Below, one piece after another: positions 36,367-47,059 of a stretch of 64,000 nt of DNA (within the stretch, counting starts at the first letter, position 1; each line of letters begins with the position of its first letter). Below the pieces are notes generated by a model. The model ran no database searches. It had not been told where the DNA came from and was given only the letters and a program-made list of their open reading frames with translations. The position numbers and the translations under genes were made by a program. The DNA comes from an uncultured Ignavibacteriales bacterium (GTDB taxonomy: Bacteria > Zixibacteria > MSB-5A5 > GN15 > JAAZOE01), in contig CAZJWR010000006.1 of the NCBI GenBank assembly GCA_964549765.1, forward strand, positions 36,487 to 100,486, given 5' to 3'.

Positions 36367-38295
36367 TTGACCTCCGTGGATAGTCTGTATCGCAAAACGT
36401 TTCGGCTAATCCGGCCGTACTGGTGGCGGTTGATCGTCACGTCGTTGTCGGCCATGCTCTATGCGGCCATGTCGGGAGCGCTGATCTGGATGATCGGGCC
36501 GCTTTTGGGGACGCTGTTTGCAACCGATTACGGGCAGTTGCCGGGGGCGGGAAGGTTGGCGGCGCCGTCGGCGCAGGTGGAAACCGCCGCGCCAGCCTCG
36601 GGCGGCGAGAGCCTGCTGCAGAAAATTATGAACACCCCGGAGAAGGTGAAAATCTGGATCAAGGGGAACGTCAACCGGCTGATCGTCCGCGAAAGCAAAT
36701 TCACGACATTGGCGAGGTTATGCTGGGCGGTGCTGATTATCGCCCTGTTGAAAAATATATTCTTGTATACCCAGGGTTTTTTCATGGCCTTCGTTCAGCA
36801 GTCGTTCATACGGGATATCCGTAACCGGTTGTTCGAGCATTATCAGCGGCTGTCGCTGGCCTATTTCCACCGTACCCGAACGGGCCATTTGATATCCCGC
36901 GTGACCAACGACGTCATGGTGCTCAATGAAACCATCGACATCGGTTTCAATCAATTGATTTCGGAAAGCCTGTCGGTGCTTATCTTTGCCGCCTTCCTGA
37001 TCATCATCAGCTGGAAATTGACGCTGATCGCCGCGCTGGTATTGCCACTCATCTTTTTCTTCATCTACAAGATTGGCCGCAAGCTGCGCAAATATTCGGC
37101 GCGTTCACAGGAACGGATGGCGGATGTCAACGCCGTGCTTGAAGAAACGGTGTCCAATATCCGTATCGTCAAGGCCTTTGCCATGGACAAATTCGAGATC
37201 AGGAAATTTTTCGACGCCACCACACGGTATTTTCAATCGCTGTTGAAGATGGCCCGGGTGCGGATGCTGGCGACGCCGATAAACGACATGCTGGCCACCG
37301 GAGCGGGGATTTTCATCCTCTGGTATGCGGGCCGAAAAATCCTGGCGGCGCAATCGACGCTTCATGCCGAGGATTTCATTCTCTTCATTTTCGCCATGTT
37401 TTCCATGATCAAGCCCGTCAAGGCGCTTTCGAATATTCATGTCAAAGTCCAGGAGGGGATGGCGGCGGCGGGGCGGATATTCGAAGTCCTGGAAACGCCG
37501 CCCAGAGTAACCGACGCGCCGAAACCGCGTGATCTGACGACGTTCAAGGATTCGATACGATTTTCGGATATCGTTTTTGCCTACGATACCGGCGATCAGG
37601 TTATCGATCGGGTATCGTTCGAAGTCAAGAAGGGCGAGATTCTCGCTTTGGTCGGGCCCAGCGGCGCCGGGAAATCGACCCTGTTCGACCTCCTGCCGCG
37701 CTTCTATGATCCGCAGCAGGGACGGATCGAGATCGACGGCATTGATATCAGGCAGGCGTCGACCCGGAGCCTGCGTTCTTTGATGGGCATCGTCACCCAG
37801 GAGACGTATCTGTTCAATGATTCCGTCCGCTATAATATTGCCTATGGGCTGGATGGCATCGGCGAAGAGAAGCTTCTGCGGGCAACCGAGATGGCCAACG
37901 CTCATGAGTTTATCCGGCAGCTGCCGGAGGGATACGATACCATTATCGGCAATCGCGGCGTGATGTTGTCCGGCGGTCAGCGCCAGCGGCTGGCCATTGC
38001 CCGGGCGCTTCTGAAGAATCCGGAAATTCTCATTTTCGACGAGGCCACCTCGTCGCTTGATACCGAATCGGAGATGCTCGTCCAGGAGGCCATCAATCGC
38101 CTGATGACGGGACGCACGACACTGGTCATCGCGCACCGGCTGTCGACGATCACCTCGGCCGACCAGATTCTGGTCATGAATGAAGGGCGGATCATTCAGC
38201 GGGGAACGCATCAGTCGCTTCTGGCCGGAGGCGGGATGTACGCCCGTCTCTATCAGATGCAATTCCGGAACGAGCACGCCGCCCATGACGCATAA
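36367..38295 (+). CDS. msbA: ABC transporter permease/ATPase, MsbA-like lipid A/lipid exporter
   Basis: Six-TM N-terminal domain. Walker A GPSGAGKST, signature LSGGQRQR, Walker B ILIFDEATSSLD. Heads a glycosyltransferase cluster. Start is TTG 36367 or GTG 36376. Confidence 0.88.
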   Translation: MTSVDSLYRKTFRLIRPYWWRLIVTSLSAMLYAAMSGALIWMIGPLLGTLFATDYGQLPGAGRLAAPSAQVETAAPASGGESLLQKIMNTPEKVKIWIKGNVNRLIVRESKFTTLARLCWAVLIIALLKNIFLYTQGFFMAFVQQSFIRDIRNRLFEHYQRLSLAYFHRTRTGHLISRVTNDVMVLNETIDIGFNQLISESLSVLIFAAFLIIISWKLTLIAALVLPLIFFFIYKIGRKLRKYSARSQERMADVNAVLEETVSNIRIVKAFAMDKFEIRKFFDATTRYFQSLLKMARVRMLATPINDMLATGAGIFILWYAGRKILAAQSTLHAEDFILFIFAMFSMIKPVKALSNIHVKVQEGMAAAGRIFEVLETPPRVTDAPKPRDLTTFKDSIRFSDIVFAYDTGDQVIDRVSFEVKKGEILALVGPSGAGKSTLFDLLPRFYDPQQGRIEIDGIDIRQASTRSLRSLMGIVTQETYLFNDSVRYNIAYGLDGIGEEKLLRATEMANAHEFIRQLPEGYDTIIGNRGVMLSGGQRQRLAIARALLKNPEILIFDEATSSLDTESEMLVQEAINRLMTGRTTLVIAHRLSTITSADQILVMNEGRIIQRGTHQSLLAGGGMYARLYQMQFRNEHAAHDA

Positions 38296-39397
38296 CATCG
38301 TATTTCTCAATTCCATCGACAGAGCGATCTGGGGCGGGCTGGAGAATTGGATGGAGATCGTCGGGGCGGGACTCGCCCGCAGGGGGCATCGGGTCCGTTT
38401 TGTCGGGCGGGAGAAATCGCAGTTTCTTCGACGCATATCCGAACGCGATGGATTCCCGGTCATTTCCCTCGATATCCATGGCGATTTCGATCCCTTCACG
38501 ATCAAACATCTGGCCGAGGCGGTGCGTTCCGATCCGCCCGATATCATACTCTGCAATCTGGTCAAAGATGTTCGCCTGGCGGGCCTGGCCCGCAAGCTCA
38601 CCGAGCAGTATAAAATCATCTGGACGCCGGGCGTGAACCTGGCCAAAAAATCGCTATCGCATAAATGGCTGTTTTCCGGCTTCGTCGATCATGTTATCGT
38701 CCCGTCGCGACATCTCCGGGACGCAATCGTCACTTCGGGATACATATCGCTGTCGCGATTTTCGATTGTGCCGATCGGAATCGATGACGGCATCTGGACA
38801 GGCGATCGTGACGAGGACCGGCGATTCCTTCGGGAGCGATATAATCTGCCGCAGAACGCGTTCATCTGCCTGACCTCGGGGAGATTTGTTCCGCAGAAGG
38901 GACATAGATATCTGATAGAGGCGGCCGCGTCGCTGGTCGGGCGGCACGACGACATCTTCTTTGTACTGCTGGGCAACGGTCCGCTGGAACCGCAGCTGGT
39001 GGAGCAAATCTACGGACACGGTTTGGAGGATCGATTTGTCTTGTGCGGCTTGCTCGAACATCATCAGAAGGCAGTATTCGGAGCCGACCTCTATGTTCAC
39101 CCCGCAGTCGTGGAACCATACGGAATCGTGCTGGTCGAGGCCATGGCGGCGGCGCTGCCGGTAGTGGCGACGCGGGTGGGCGGGATTCCGGAAGTGGTCG
39201 AGGAAAACCGTACCGCCGTTCTGGTCGATCAGGCCGACACGGGACAATTGACAAAAGCTATTCTTCGTCTTTATACTGATAGTTCACTCCGCGAAACGTT
39301 TGGACGGGCCGGGTATGAGCGGTTCGACCGCCTGTTCCGGATGGATACGATGACAGACAAAATCGAAGCGATACTGGCGACGGTGACGGCGGCATGA
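38285..39397 (+). CDS. Glycosyltransferase family 4 (GT-B, EX7E type)
   Basis: The C-terminal motif EPYGIVLVEAMAAALPVVATRVGGIPEVV is typical of GT4. The ATG at 38285 overlaps the msbA end. Confidence 0.88.
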   Translation: MTHNIVFLNSIDRAIWGGLENWMEIVGAGLARRGHRVRFVGREKSQFLRRISERDGFPVISLDIHGDFDPFTIKHLAEAVRSDPPDIILCNLVKDVRLAGLARKLTEQYKIIWTPGVNLAKKSLSHKWLFSGFVDHVIVPSRHLRDAIVTSGYISLSRFSIVPIGIDDGIWTGDRDEDRRFLRERYNLPQNAFICLTSGRFVPQKGHRYLIEAAASLVGRHDDIFFVLLGNGPLEPQLVEQIYGHGLEDRFVLCGLLEHHQKAVFGADLYVHPAVVEPYGIVLVEAMAAALPVVATRVGGIPEVVEENRTAVLVDQADTGQLTKAILRLYTDSSLRETFGRAGYERFDRLFRMDTMTDKIEAILATVTAA

Positions 39398-40506
39398 AAA
39401 CGCCGCTGATGAAATCCCTCGAGCATGGGATCAAGCGGATCTTCTTCGGCCTGTCACGGGTGTACCTGAAGAAGGGCCGGGTCGGATTTTCCACGATTGA
39501 TCCGCTGACGATCAAGCGAGTGCTGTTTATTCGGCCCGAGAAACTGGGGGATATGATTATTTCCCTGCCGGTTTTCTACAATCTCAAACGACTCTATCCG
39601 CACCTGGACCTGTACACTATCAGTTCGCCGCGCAATATTGCCGTCGTCCGCGACGATGAAAATATCACCCGCAATTTTCTCTACGTCAAGAAGCCACTCC
39701 GGGATATCGGGATGCTGCGCGAGGTGCGCCGTCTGAAGATCGATGCCGTGGTAGACATGGTCTGCGATGATTCGGTAACGGCGTTGTTTCTGACCCAGTA
39801 CAGTTCGCGGTCGGCCTGGCGAATCGGCCTCGGAAAGGGACGCCATCGCAGGTACTACGATTTCAACTATGACTATCGTACCGAGGACGGTGCGCACGTA
39901 ATCGACAGCACGCTGAAATTGCTAACGGCCTTCGGCATCGATACCGACCGAGCAGAGAAACACGTGCCGCCAACAATAGCGGAATCGTCCTATCGGGCCG
40001 CCGATCGATTCGTCGCCTCGCTCAACGGGGACGCCCCCGGGGGTATTATCGGGATCAATATTTCGGCGGGCCGCCCTACCCGCGTCTGGCCTGAGGAGAA
40101 AACGATCGAACTCGTACATCGGCTGCTTGACGCCTACCCGGCCTGCCGGATCGTCATCTCGGCCGATCCGAAAGAGCATGGCCGGGCGGTATTGCTTGCG
40201 AGGAGATTCGGGTCACGGGTGGATCCCTTGCCGCCGGGACTGGGGTTATTGGAGGTTGCGGCCATAATCAGCCGCATGAAAATGCTGGTGACGCCGGACA
40301 CGTCGCTGGTGCATATCGCGCGGTCGATGCGCGTGCCGGTGGTGGGGTTATATACGCGGTTCCAAAAAAACTTTCGCCTCTGGCGACCGTATGGGCAGAC
40401 GACCGGGGCCGTGATATCGCGCAACGATTATAACATCTTCGACATCGAGGTCGAGGACGTATTTCGGGCGGCCACGGCGTTGCTGTCACTGGCGGAGGAA
40501 TCATGA
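39394..40506 (+). CDS. Glycosyltransferase family 9 (heptosyltransferase-like)
   Basis: VLFIRPEKLGDMIISLPVF N-terminus and LVTPDTSLVHIARSMRVPVVGLY C-terminal motif, as in WaaC/WaaF-type GT9 enzymes. Confidence 0.85.
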   Translation: MKTPLMKSLEHGIKRIFFGLSRVYLKKGRVGFSTIDPLTIKRVLFIRPEKLGDMIISLPVFYNLKRLYPHLDLYTISSPRNIAVVRDDENITRNFLYVKKPLRDIGMLREVRRLKIDAVVDMVCDDSVTALFLTQYSSRSAWRIGLGKGRHRRYYDFNYDYRTEDGAHVIDSTLKLLTAFGIDTDRAEKHVPPTIAESSYRAADRFVASLNGDAPGGIIGINISAGRPTRVWPEEKTIELVHRLLDAYPACRIVISADPKEHGRAVLLARRFGSRVDPLPPGLGLLEVAAIISRMKMLVTPDTSLVHIARSMRVPVVGLYTRFQKNFRLWRPYGQTTGAVISRNDYNIFDIEVEDVFRAATALLSLAEES

Positions 40507-41261
40507 AAATATCGGCGATTATGATCACCAAGAACGAAGAAGCCAATATCGAGCGGTGTTTGCGGTCGGTATCTTGGGTGGATGAGATAATCATCGTCGA
40601 TTCCGATTCCACGGACGCGACCGTCGAAATTGCCAAAACCTTCGACGCCAAGGTGTTTATTCCGGAATGGAAGGGGTTCGGGCCGGCCAAGCAGTACGCG
40701 CTGGATCAGGCGACCGGCGATTGGATCTTGTCCATCGACGCCGATGAGGAGATTTCATTCACGCTGAAGAACGAAATACTCCAATTGCTCGAAAAGGAAC
40801 CCTCGTGCGGCGGGTATTACATTCCCCGGAAAACGCAGTTTCTGGGTAAATGGATATTGCATTCCGGATGGTATCCCGATTATGTCCTGCGCCTGTTTCG
40901 CAAATCGGCGGGACGATTCACCTCGGCATTGGTGCATGAAAAGGTCGAAGTCGACGCTGTGACGGGAAGGTTGCATAATCCCTTGCTGCATTATTCGTAT
41001 CCCACGCTGGAGGATTATGTCCGCAAGCTGGATCATTATTCGACCCTGGGCGCCGAGGAGCTTTTTCGTCAGGGGAAAAAGTACTCCATGTTTCTCATGA
41101 CCGTCAAGCCGTTCCTGTCATTCTGGCGCAAGCTGGTTTTCCAGCGCGGATATCGCGACGGATGGGAGGGGTTCTTGATCGCCTACCTGACCTCTACCGG
41201 CACGCTTTTAAGGTACGCCAAGCTGCGGACGCTCTACCTCCAGGCCGGGAAAAACAATTGA
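40503..41261 (+). CDS. Glycosyltransferase family 2
   Basis: ISAIMITKNEEANIERCL, IIIVDSDSTDAT and SIDADE (DxD) motifs. Confidence 0.88.
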   Translation: MKISAIMITKNEEANIERCLRSVSWVDEIIIVDSDSTDATVEIAKTFDAKVFIPEWKGFGPAKQYALDQATGDWILSIDADEEISFTLKNEILQLLEKEPSCGGYYIPRKTQFLGKWILHSGWYPDYVLRLFRKSAGRFTSALVHEKVEVDAVTGRLHNPLLHYSYPTLEDYVRKLDHYSTLGAEELFRQGKKYSMFLMTVKPFLSFWRKLVFQRGYRDGWEGFLIAYLTSTGTLLRYAKLRTLYLQAGKNN

Positions 41262-41277
41262 TGTCCCGGAACACGTC

Positions 41278-42363
41278 ATGACGGCGCCGGCGGTTCTTCA
41301 TATCGATACCGGCCGTTCATATCGCGGCGGGCAAAGACAGCTATCATTGCTGTCGGAATACCTACAAGCGGTGGGAGCGGAGCAGGTTATTGTAGTCCCG
41401 CACGGAAGCGAACTGGCATTGAGAATAAAAAATATCCCGACGCTGGAGATATCGACTTCGGCGATATTCCGCATCTTTCGCTTGAGCCGCCTGAAGGAGG
41501 CGATCGTTTCGAAGAAAATCAATATCATCCACGCTCACGACTCACATGCCCATACCGTGGGGATTTTGCTGAAACGGTGGCGGCCCGATCTCAAATTGAT
41601 TGTTTCCCGGCGGGTGATTTTTCCGCCTAAGACGGCGGCCAGCCGGAGACTGAAATACGGACGGGGCGTCGATTGTTTTATCGCCATCAGCCACGCAGTG
41701 AAATCATCGCTTGTTGCGAACGGCATATCTGCGGAGAAAATCGAGATCGTACCATCGGGACTTGATCTTGGAGAAATCGCTTCGGCCGAGACCGATACCG
41801 AGTTTGTCTCCTCGGTACTACCGGGATGTTCGTTCGCCATCGTCTCCGCCGGAGCATTGACCGAGGAAAAGGACATGACCACGGCTGTGCGCGCTTTTGC
41901 CATCGTGGCCAAAGAGTCGAATGACGCCGGCATGATTATTCTGGGCGAAGGCCCGCAACGGGCGCAACTGATGCGGTTGAAGGAGAGGCTCGGACTGGAT
42001 CGGCTTGCCCTGCCCGGTCATCGCGAACCATTGGCGCCAATATTCAAGGCGTGTCATGTTTTTCTGCTGACCTCCACCAGCGAGGGACTCAACACGTCGG
42101 CTATCGAGGCGGCGGCCTGCGGCCTGCCATTGGTCGTTTCAAACATTGGCGGATTGCCCGAAATAGCCGAACAGGAGAATAATGGGCTGCTGTGTCCGCC
42201 GGGAAGGCCGGAACGGTTTGCGGAAGCGATTGTTGAATTTATAAAGGACGGCGCGCGGAGGGATCGAATGGCCGCCCGTTCGATTGAGAAGGCGGCGCGC
42301 TTCGATATCGGCGCGACTGCGGAAAAAACGATGGCAGTGTTTAAGAGAGTGCTTGCCGGGTAG
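41278..42363 (+). CDS. Glycosyltransferase family 4
   Basis: SEGLNTSAIEAAACGLPLVVSNIGGLPEI EX7E-type motif and GT-B layout. Confidence 0.88.
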   Translation: MTAPAVLHIDTGRSYRGGQRQLSLLSEYLQAVGAEQVIVVPHGSELALRIKNIPTLEISTSAIFRIFRLSRLKEAIVSKKINIIHAHDSHAHTVGILLKRWRPDLKLIVSRRVIFPPKTAASRRLKYGRGVDCFIAISHAVKSSLVANGISAEKIEIVPSGLDLGEIASAETDTEFVSSVLPGCSFAIVSAGALTEEKDMTTAVRAFAIVAKESNDAGMIILGEGPQRAQLMRLKERLGLDRLALPGHREPLAPIFKACHVFLLTSTSEGLNTSAIEAAACGLPLVVSNIGGLPEIAEQENNGLLCPPGRPERFAEAIVEFIKDGARRDRMAARSIEKAARFDIGATAEKTMAVFKRVLAG

Positions 42364-42387
42364 GAAAAACCGGTATATAATCTGACT

Positions 42388-44562
42388 ATGATCAACCTGG
42401 CCCAATTCATCATTCAAGTCGAGTCGTTCAACGCCAACATCAACATCCCATTGATCCGCAAGGCGTATGAATTTTCCGACCGATCCCACGCCGGGCAGAC
42501 CCGCGAATCGGGCGAGCCGTATGTGACCCACTGTCTCGAAGTGGCGCTTATCCTGGCCGAGCAGCATCTCGATTCGACGACCATTGCTGCCGGGCTGGTG
42601 CATGACGTGGTCGAGGACACGCCGGTCACAATCGAACAGGTCCGGAAGGAATTCGGCGACGAGATCTCGCTTCTGGTCGACGGCGTGACCAAATTGGGCA
42701 AGGTGAAATACAAATCGCACGAAGAGGAGCAGGTCGAATACTTCCGGAAGATGTTGCTTTCGATGGCGCGCGATATCCGCGTGATTTTGATCAAGCTGGC
42801 CGACCGGCTGCACAATATGCGGACGCTGCAATTTGTGAAACCGGAGAAACGGATCCGAGTTGCTACCGAGACGCGGGACGTCTATGCCCCGCTGGCGCAT
42901 CGATTCGGTATCGCCCGTATGAAAACCGAGCTGGAAGATTTGTGCTTCAAGTTTCTACGTCCCGAGGAATACCTGGATCTGGCGCGCCAGATTGAGATGA
43001 GCCGCCAGGAGCGCGAGGGGTATATCGAGCAGGTGACGCAGCCGATCAAGAGAGCGCTGGTCAATGAGGGCATCAAGGTGCAGATATCCGGCCGGGCCAA
43101 GCATCTCGACAGCATCTATCACAAAATGAAGCTGCGGAATCTACCCCTGGAGCAGATTTACGATTTACTGGCGATCCGGATACTGGTATCGACCAAGATG
43201 GAATGCTACAAGGTCCTCGGGGTGATCCATGATCTATGGAAGCCGGTTCCCAACCGCGTGCATGATTATATCGCCACGCCCAAGCCCAACGGCTACCAAT
43301 CCCTCCACACGACCGTGTTCGGTCCCGGCAACCGCATGCTTGAAATCCAGATTCGCACCCACTCCATGCACCACGTGGCCGAATTCGGTATTGCCGCTCA
43401 CTGGCTCTACAAGGAAGGTCGCCAGGAGATGGATAAGTCGGATCACCAGATGAGCTGGCTGCGTGAGGTGCTGGATTGGCAGAAGGACATGACCAATCCC
43501 TCGGAATTTTTGGAATATCTTAAGATCGACCTGCTGCAGGAGGACGTGTACGTCTACACGCCGAGGGGCGATCTGGTGCACCTTCCGGCCGGATCGACGT
43601 CTCTGGATTTTGCTTTTGCCATTCATACCGACGTAGGTCTGCACACCACCGGGACGAAAGTCAACAGTAAGATGGTTCCACTGGGTACCCCGTTGAAATC
43701 CGGTGATGAAGTCGAGGTCACGACGTCGGCGTCGCAGACGCCGTCGCACAACTGGCTGCGAATGGCGCGGACCTCAAAAGCCCGTTCCAAAATCAAGCGC
43801 TGGTTGAAACAGCAGGGGTTCGAACAGTCGCTGGTGCTCGGCAAGGAAATTCTCGAACGGGAATTGAAGAAACATAAAATCAAATTCCCGACCGAGAGCG
43901 AGCTCAATGACGTCGCGCAGGGGATGGGGTACGTTTCCGGCGAGGCGCTTCTGGCGGCGGTCGGGGTCGGCAACGCTTCGGCGCAGCAAATCATTACCAA
44001 AATCAAGCCCGAGCAGGCGGCTCCTGCGAAAAAATCGCTGGTTAAACGGTTCATCGATACTGCGCGCGGCGGCAAGGGAATCAAAATTCAGGGCATGGGC
44101 AACATGGTGTTTCGATTCGCCGGATGTTGCCAGCCGGTTCCGGGCGAACAGATCATCGGGTTTATCACGCGCGGGCGGGGAATAACGATCCACCGGGCCG
44201 ACTGTTCCACGGCGCTGGAATTGGCGCAAACCCCGGAACGGATTATCGAGGTGGAATGGGATGTCGACAAGGATCAGGCCTTTATCGTGCGGCTGGATAT
44301 TCTTCTCGAAGATCGCAAGAACATGTTACGGGATATCACCGAAGCCATTTCGGAGGCCGACGCCAACGTGCGGGGGGCGGAAATTTCGGGCAAGGGGATG
44401 CCCGTCTCGGGCGCGTTTGTGATCGAGGTCAAGAACCTTTCTCATCTCAATCGCGTTATCAACAAGATAAAGAAAGTCTCCGGCGTCATTTCGATCGAAC
44501 GCGCCCGGGGCGTCGATTTGGATCCGTTCTCCGGCGCCGAAAGCAGTTCCGGCGCATTCTGA
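42388..44562 (+). CDS. Bifunctional (p)ppGpp synthetase/hydrolase (RelA/SpoT homolog)
   Basis: HD hydrolase domain (HDVVEDT), synthetase domain (RAKHLDSIYHKM, YQSLHTTV), TGS domain (VYVYTPRGDLVHLPAGST) and C-terminal ACT domain. Confidence 0.95.
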   Translation: MINLAQFIIQVESFNANINIPLIRKAYEFSDRSHAGQTRESGEPYVTHCLEVALILAEQHLDSTTIAAGLVHDVVEDTPVTIEQVRKEFGDEISLLVDGVTKLGKVKYKSHEEEQVEYFRKMLLSMARDIRVILIKLADRLHNMRTLQFVKPEKRIRVATETRDVYAPLAHRFGIARMKTELEDLCFKFLRPEEYLDLARQIEMSRQEREGYIEQVTQPIKRALVNEGIKVQISGRAKHLDSIYHKMKLRNLPLEQIYDLLAIRILVSTKMECYKVLGVIHDLWKPVPNRVHDYIATPKPNGYQSLHTTVFGPGNRMLEIQIRTHSMHHVAEFGIAAHWLYKEGRQEMDKSDHQMSWLREVLDWQKDMTNPSEFLEYLKIDLLQEDVYVYTPRGDLVHLPAGSTSLDFAFAIHTDVGLHTTGTKVNSKMVPLGTPLKSGDEVEVTTSASQTPSHNWLRMARTSKARSKIKRWLKQQGFEQSLVLGKEILERELKKHKIKFPTESELNDVAQGMGYVSGEALLAAVGVGNASAQQIITKIKPEQAAPAKKSLVKRFIDTARGGKGIKIQGMGNMVFRFAGCCQPVPGEQIIGFITRGRGITIHRADCSTALELAQTPERIIEVEWDVDKDQAFIVRLDILLEDRKNMLRDITEAISEADANVRGAEISGKGMPVSGAFVIEVKNLSHLNRVINKIKKVSGVISIERARGVDLDPFSGAESSSGAF

Positions 44563-44596
44563 CGTCGATTACGATAGCATAAGGAATCTATTGCAT

Positions 44597-45229
44597 ATGT
44601 CTGAAAGAAGATGCTCGCACTGCGGTAAACCGGTTCCGGATGGCGATAAGTATTGTTCGGATTGCGGCTTCCAAGTCGGGAAGCGCGGCGTCGGCCGGAT
44701 ACTTTTCGATCATATCATCGTCGTAGTCATACTGGTGCTGGTCGCCCTGGCCTATGTCGGATACAACACGGTTATCGCCGATCGCACTCCGCCGGTGAAG
44801 AAGACTGAGACGCAAAGCCATGGTATGCCGCCGATAGAGATGGATCAATTTCTGGCCAGCCTGCCAACCGATTATTCCTCTCTGGTCTCGATGGGCAACG
44901 CCTTGATGGATCAGGGGCAGTATCAAATGGCTGTAGCATGCTATAATCGGGCCCTGGAACAGGACTCGTCGGCGACGGATGTCTGGGTCGATCTGGGAAC
45001 ATGCGAGCATGCTATGGGACATAATGAATCGGCCATCGGAGATTTCAAGAGAGCGCTCGAATTGGATCCCAACCATCAGATCGCCCGCTTCAATCTCGGT
45101 ATCGTTTATTACACGCTGGGGGATGATTCCCTGGCGGTGCAATGGTGGCAGAGCCTTCTTGCGGACAGCCTCGAACCGGAAATGCGGCAGCATCTGGAGG
45201 AACTGATCCGGCAGGCCCAAGGTGGGTGA
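44597..45229 (+). CDS. Zinc-ribbon / single-TM / TPR-repeat protein
   Basis: CSHCGKPVPDGDKYCSDCG zinc ribbon, TM helix IIVVVILVLVALAYVGY, and TPR-like repeats (MGNALMDQGQYQMAVACYNRALEQD, FKRALELDPNH). Alternative TTG start at 44591. Confidence 0.75.
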   Translation: MSERRCSHCGKPVPDGDKYCSDCGFQVGKRGVGRILFDHIIVVVILVLVALAYVGYNTVIADRTPPVKKTETQSHGMPPIEMDQFLASLPTDYSSLVSMGNALMDQGQYQMAVACYNRALEQDSSATDVWVDLGTCEHAMGHNESAIGDFKRALELDPNHQIARFNLGIVYYTLGDDSLAVQWWQSLLADSLEPEMRQHLEELIRQAQGG

Positions 45230-46274
45230 GGTGGGTGATTTTATCGCCGCCTGGGCCGGTTATACCTGGGACATGATTTATGAGTCGGCCCTGCTGTTGC
45301 TGCTCGGGTTCGCTCTCGCGGGATTAATCCGATCTCTCATCACGCCATCTGCCCTGACGGCTATTTTTGGCCGGGGAAGAATCAGACAGATTTTCACAGC
45401 CTCGATTGTCGGCGTACCGTTGCCGTTATGCAGTTGCTCGGTGCTGCCCGTTGCGGCGCAATTAAACCGTTCGGGATTGTCGCGCGAGGGGACGGTTTCA
45501 TTTCTCATTTCGACTCCCGAAACCGGCGCCGATTCAATCGCCCTCAGCGTCCGGCTTCTGGGGCCGATTTTCGCCGTCGTCCGTCCCATTGCGGCCCTGA
45601 TTACGGCCTTTATCTCGGGGCTGGCGGCATGGGTATTCATCCCGGAACGTTCGGCCGACCAGGCATTGGCCGTCGCTGCCGACCCCCAAGCCGAACACCA
45701 CTCGCTCGTGAAACGGCTTTGGGGAGGGCAGGTATATGTTTGGACGGATATGGTTCCGGAATTGGCGTACTACTTATTCTGGGGATATGTTCTGGCGGGG
45801 CTGGCGGCAACGATTGTTCCCGCCGATCTGCTTCGCGAGGGATGGCCGGCGTGGCTGCAATATCTCGGCGTGGTCGTGGTAAGTCTGCCCGTCTATGTCT
45901 GTGCGACGTCATCGACCCCGCTGGCGGCGGTGTTTCTGACGCTGGGTATCTTGCCGGGAGCGGTGCTCGCGTTTCTGCTGGTGGGACCGGCGACCAATCT
46001 CACGGCGCTGGTCGTGCAGAAGCGCATATTGGGGCTCAAAGGGACGGTTATCATGACAATCTCGGTGATCGTGACGGCATTGATCTGCGGGATAATGCTT
46101 GATTACCTGTTCGAGGCATCGATCGGCCGGGCGTTCCGGTTCCACGAGGTCGGAAACGCAGCCGGACGACCGATTTGGTACGATTTCGCGGCGGCCATTC
46201 TGCTATCTTTTTTGATGGCGTATTATACAGCGAGACATTATTATAAGAAGGTCAGAAGAAAACTGAATCGTTAA
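45222..46274 (+). CDS. Permease of the DUF318/ArsP-like (SO_0444-type) family
   Basis: Polytopic membrane protein with the characteristic LPLCSCSVLPVA motif. GTG start at 45222 or 45231. Confidence 0.8.
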   Translation: MGEVGDFIAAWAGYTWDMIYESALLLLLGFALAGLIRSLITPSALTAIFGRGRIRQIFTASIVGVPLPLCSCSVLPVAAQLNRSGLSREGTVSFLISTPETGADSIALSVRLLGPIFAVVRPIAALITAFISGLAAWVFIPERSADQALAVAADPQAEHHSLVKRLWGGQVYVWTDMVPELAYYLFWGYVLAGLAATIVPADLLREGWPAWLQYLGVVVVSLPVYVCATSSTPLAAVFLTLGILPGAVLAFLLVGPATNLTALVVQKRILGLKGTVIMTISVIVTALICGIMLDYLFEASIGRAFRFHEVGNAAGRPIWYDFAAAILLSFLMAYYTARHYYKKVRRKLNR

Positions 46275-46283
46275 ATATATCTC

Positions 46284-47018
46284 GTGGCTGGGATTTTTCG
46301 ATCACAAATATCGTGGGTGCGCCGGCAGGTAGGCGATATGCTCGACGTGCTGTATCCGCCGGTGTGCGGCATATGCGGGAAACCGGCCAATTCCGAGGAT
46401 CGGCTAATATGCATGGCGTGCTGGGATTTGATCAAAGGTTTCGAGGCGCCGTACTGCTCCGGTTGCCGGAAGCTCTTGTTCGACAGGCTCTCTTGCCGGG
46501 AATGCCGATCGTCGCCGATGGTTATATTTTCGCTGGGGTATTTCGACGAACGCTTGCAGTCAATTATTCACGATCTCAAATTTCACGGGCTAAAGCCTCT
46601 GGCGACGGGGCTGGGTCGTGGGCTGGCGGATTTGATCGCCCCTGTGGCGAATCGAGTTAAGGCTGATTTTATTATCCCGGTTCCGCTTCACGAAAGCCGC
46701 CGTCTTGGCCGGGGATTCAATCAGGCCGAGGAGATCGCGCGGGAGATGTCCCGGCGATTGAATGTTACGCTTCAATCCGATCTCTTATTCAGCGTCCGCA
46801 AAACCAAACAGCAGGCTAAACTCCCGGCGGCCCAACGCGAGGCAAACGTCCGGGGAGCTTTTGCCGTCGATGATGAAAACGGAGTACTGAAAGGCAAACG
46901 GATTATCCTGGTCGATGATGTCACCACCACCGGCGCGACGCTGCGCGAAAATGCCCGCGTGCTGAGGCAGGCCGGAGCGGGGAAAATTGTCGGAGCGGTA
47001 GCCGCGACCGCGGTCTGA
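46284..47018 (+). CDS. comF: ComF family protein (phosphoribosyltransferase domain)
   Basis: N-terminal Cys pairs (CGICG, CMAC, CSGC, CREC) and PRT motif [14 protein letters not shown]. The start could instead be the ATG at 46338. Confidence 0.85.
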   Translation: MAGIFRSQISWVRRQVGDMLDVLYPPVCGICGKPANSEDRLICMACWDLIKGFEAPYCSGCRKLLFDRLSCRECRSSPMVIFSLGYFDERLQSIIHDLKFHGLKPLATGLGRGLADLIAPVANRVKADFIIPVPLHESRRLGRGFNQAEEIAREMSRRLNVTLQSDLLFSVRKTKQQAKLPAAQREANVRGAFAVDDENGVLKGKRIILVDDVTTTGATLRENARVLRQAGAGKIVGAVAATAV

Positions 47019-47059
47019 AATTCATTGCGCTACCACTCTTAAAACGGCAGATTATACCC

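Noticed and set aside
37105-38646. 513-aa ORF on the minus strand
   Set aside because: It is antisense to msbA and the first GT4 gene, both of which have clear Walker or EX7E motifs. The product is R/P/G-rich and low-complexity.
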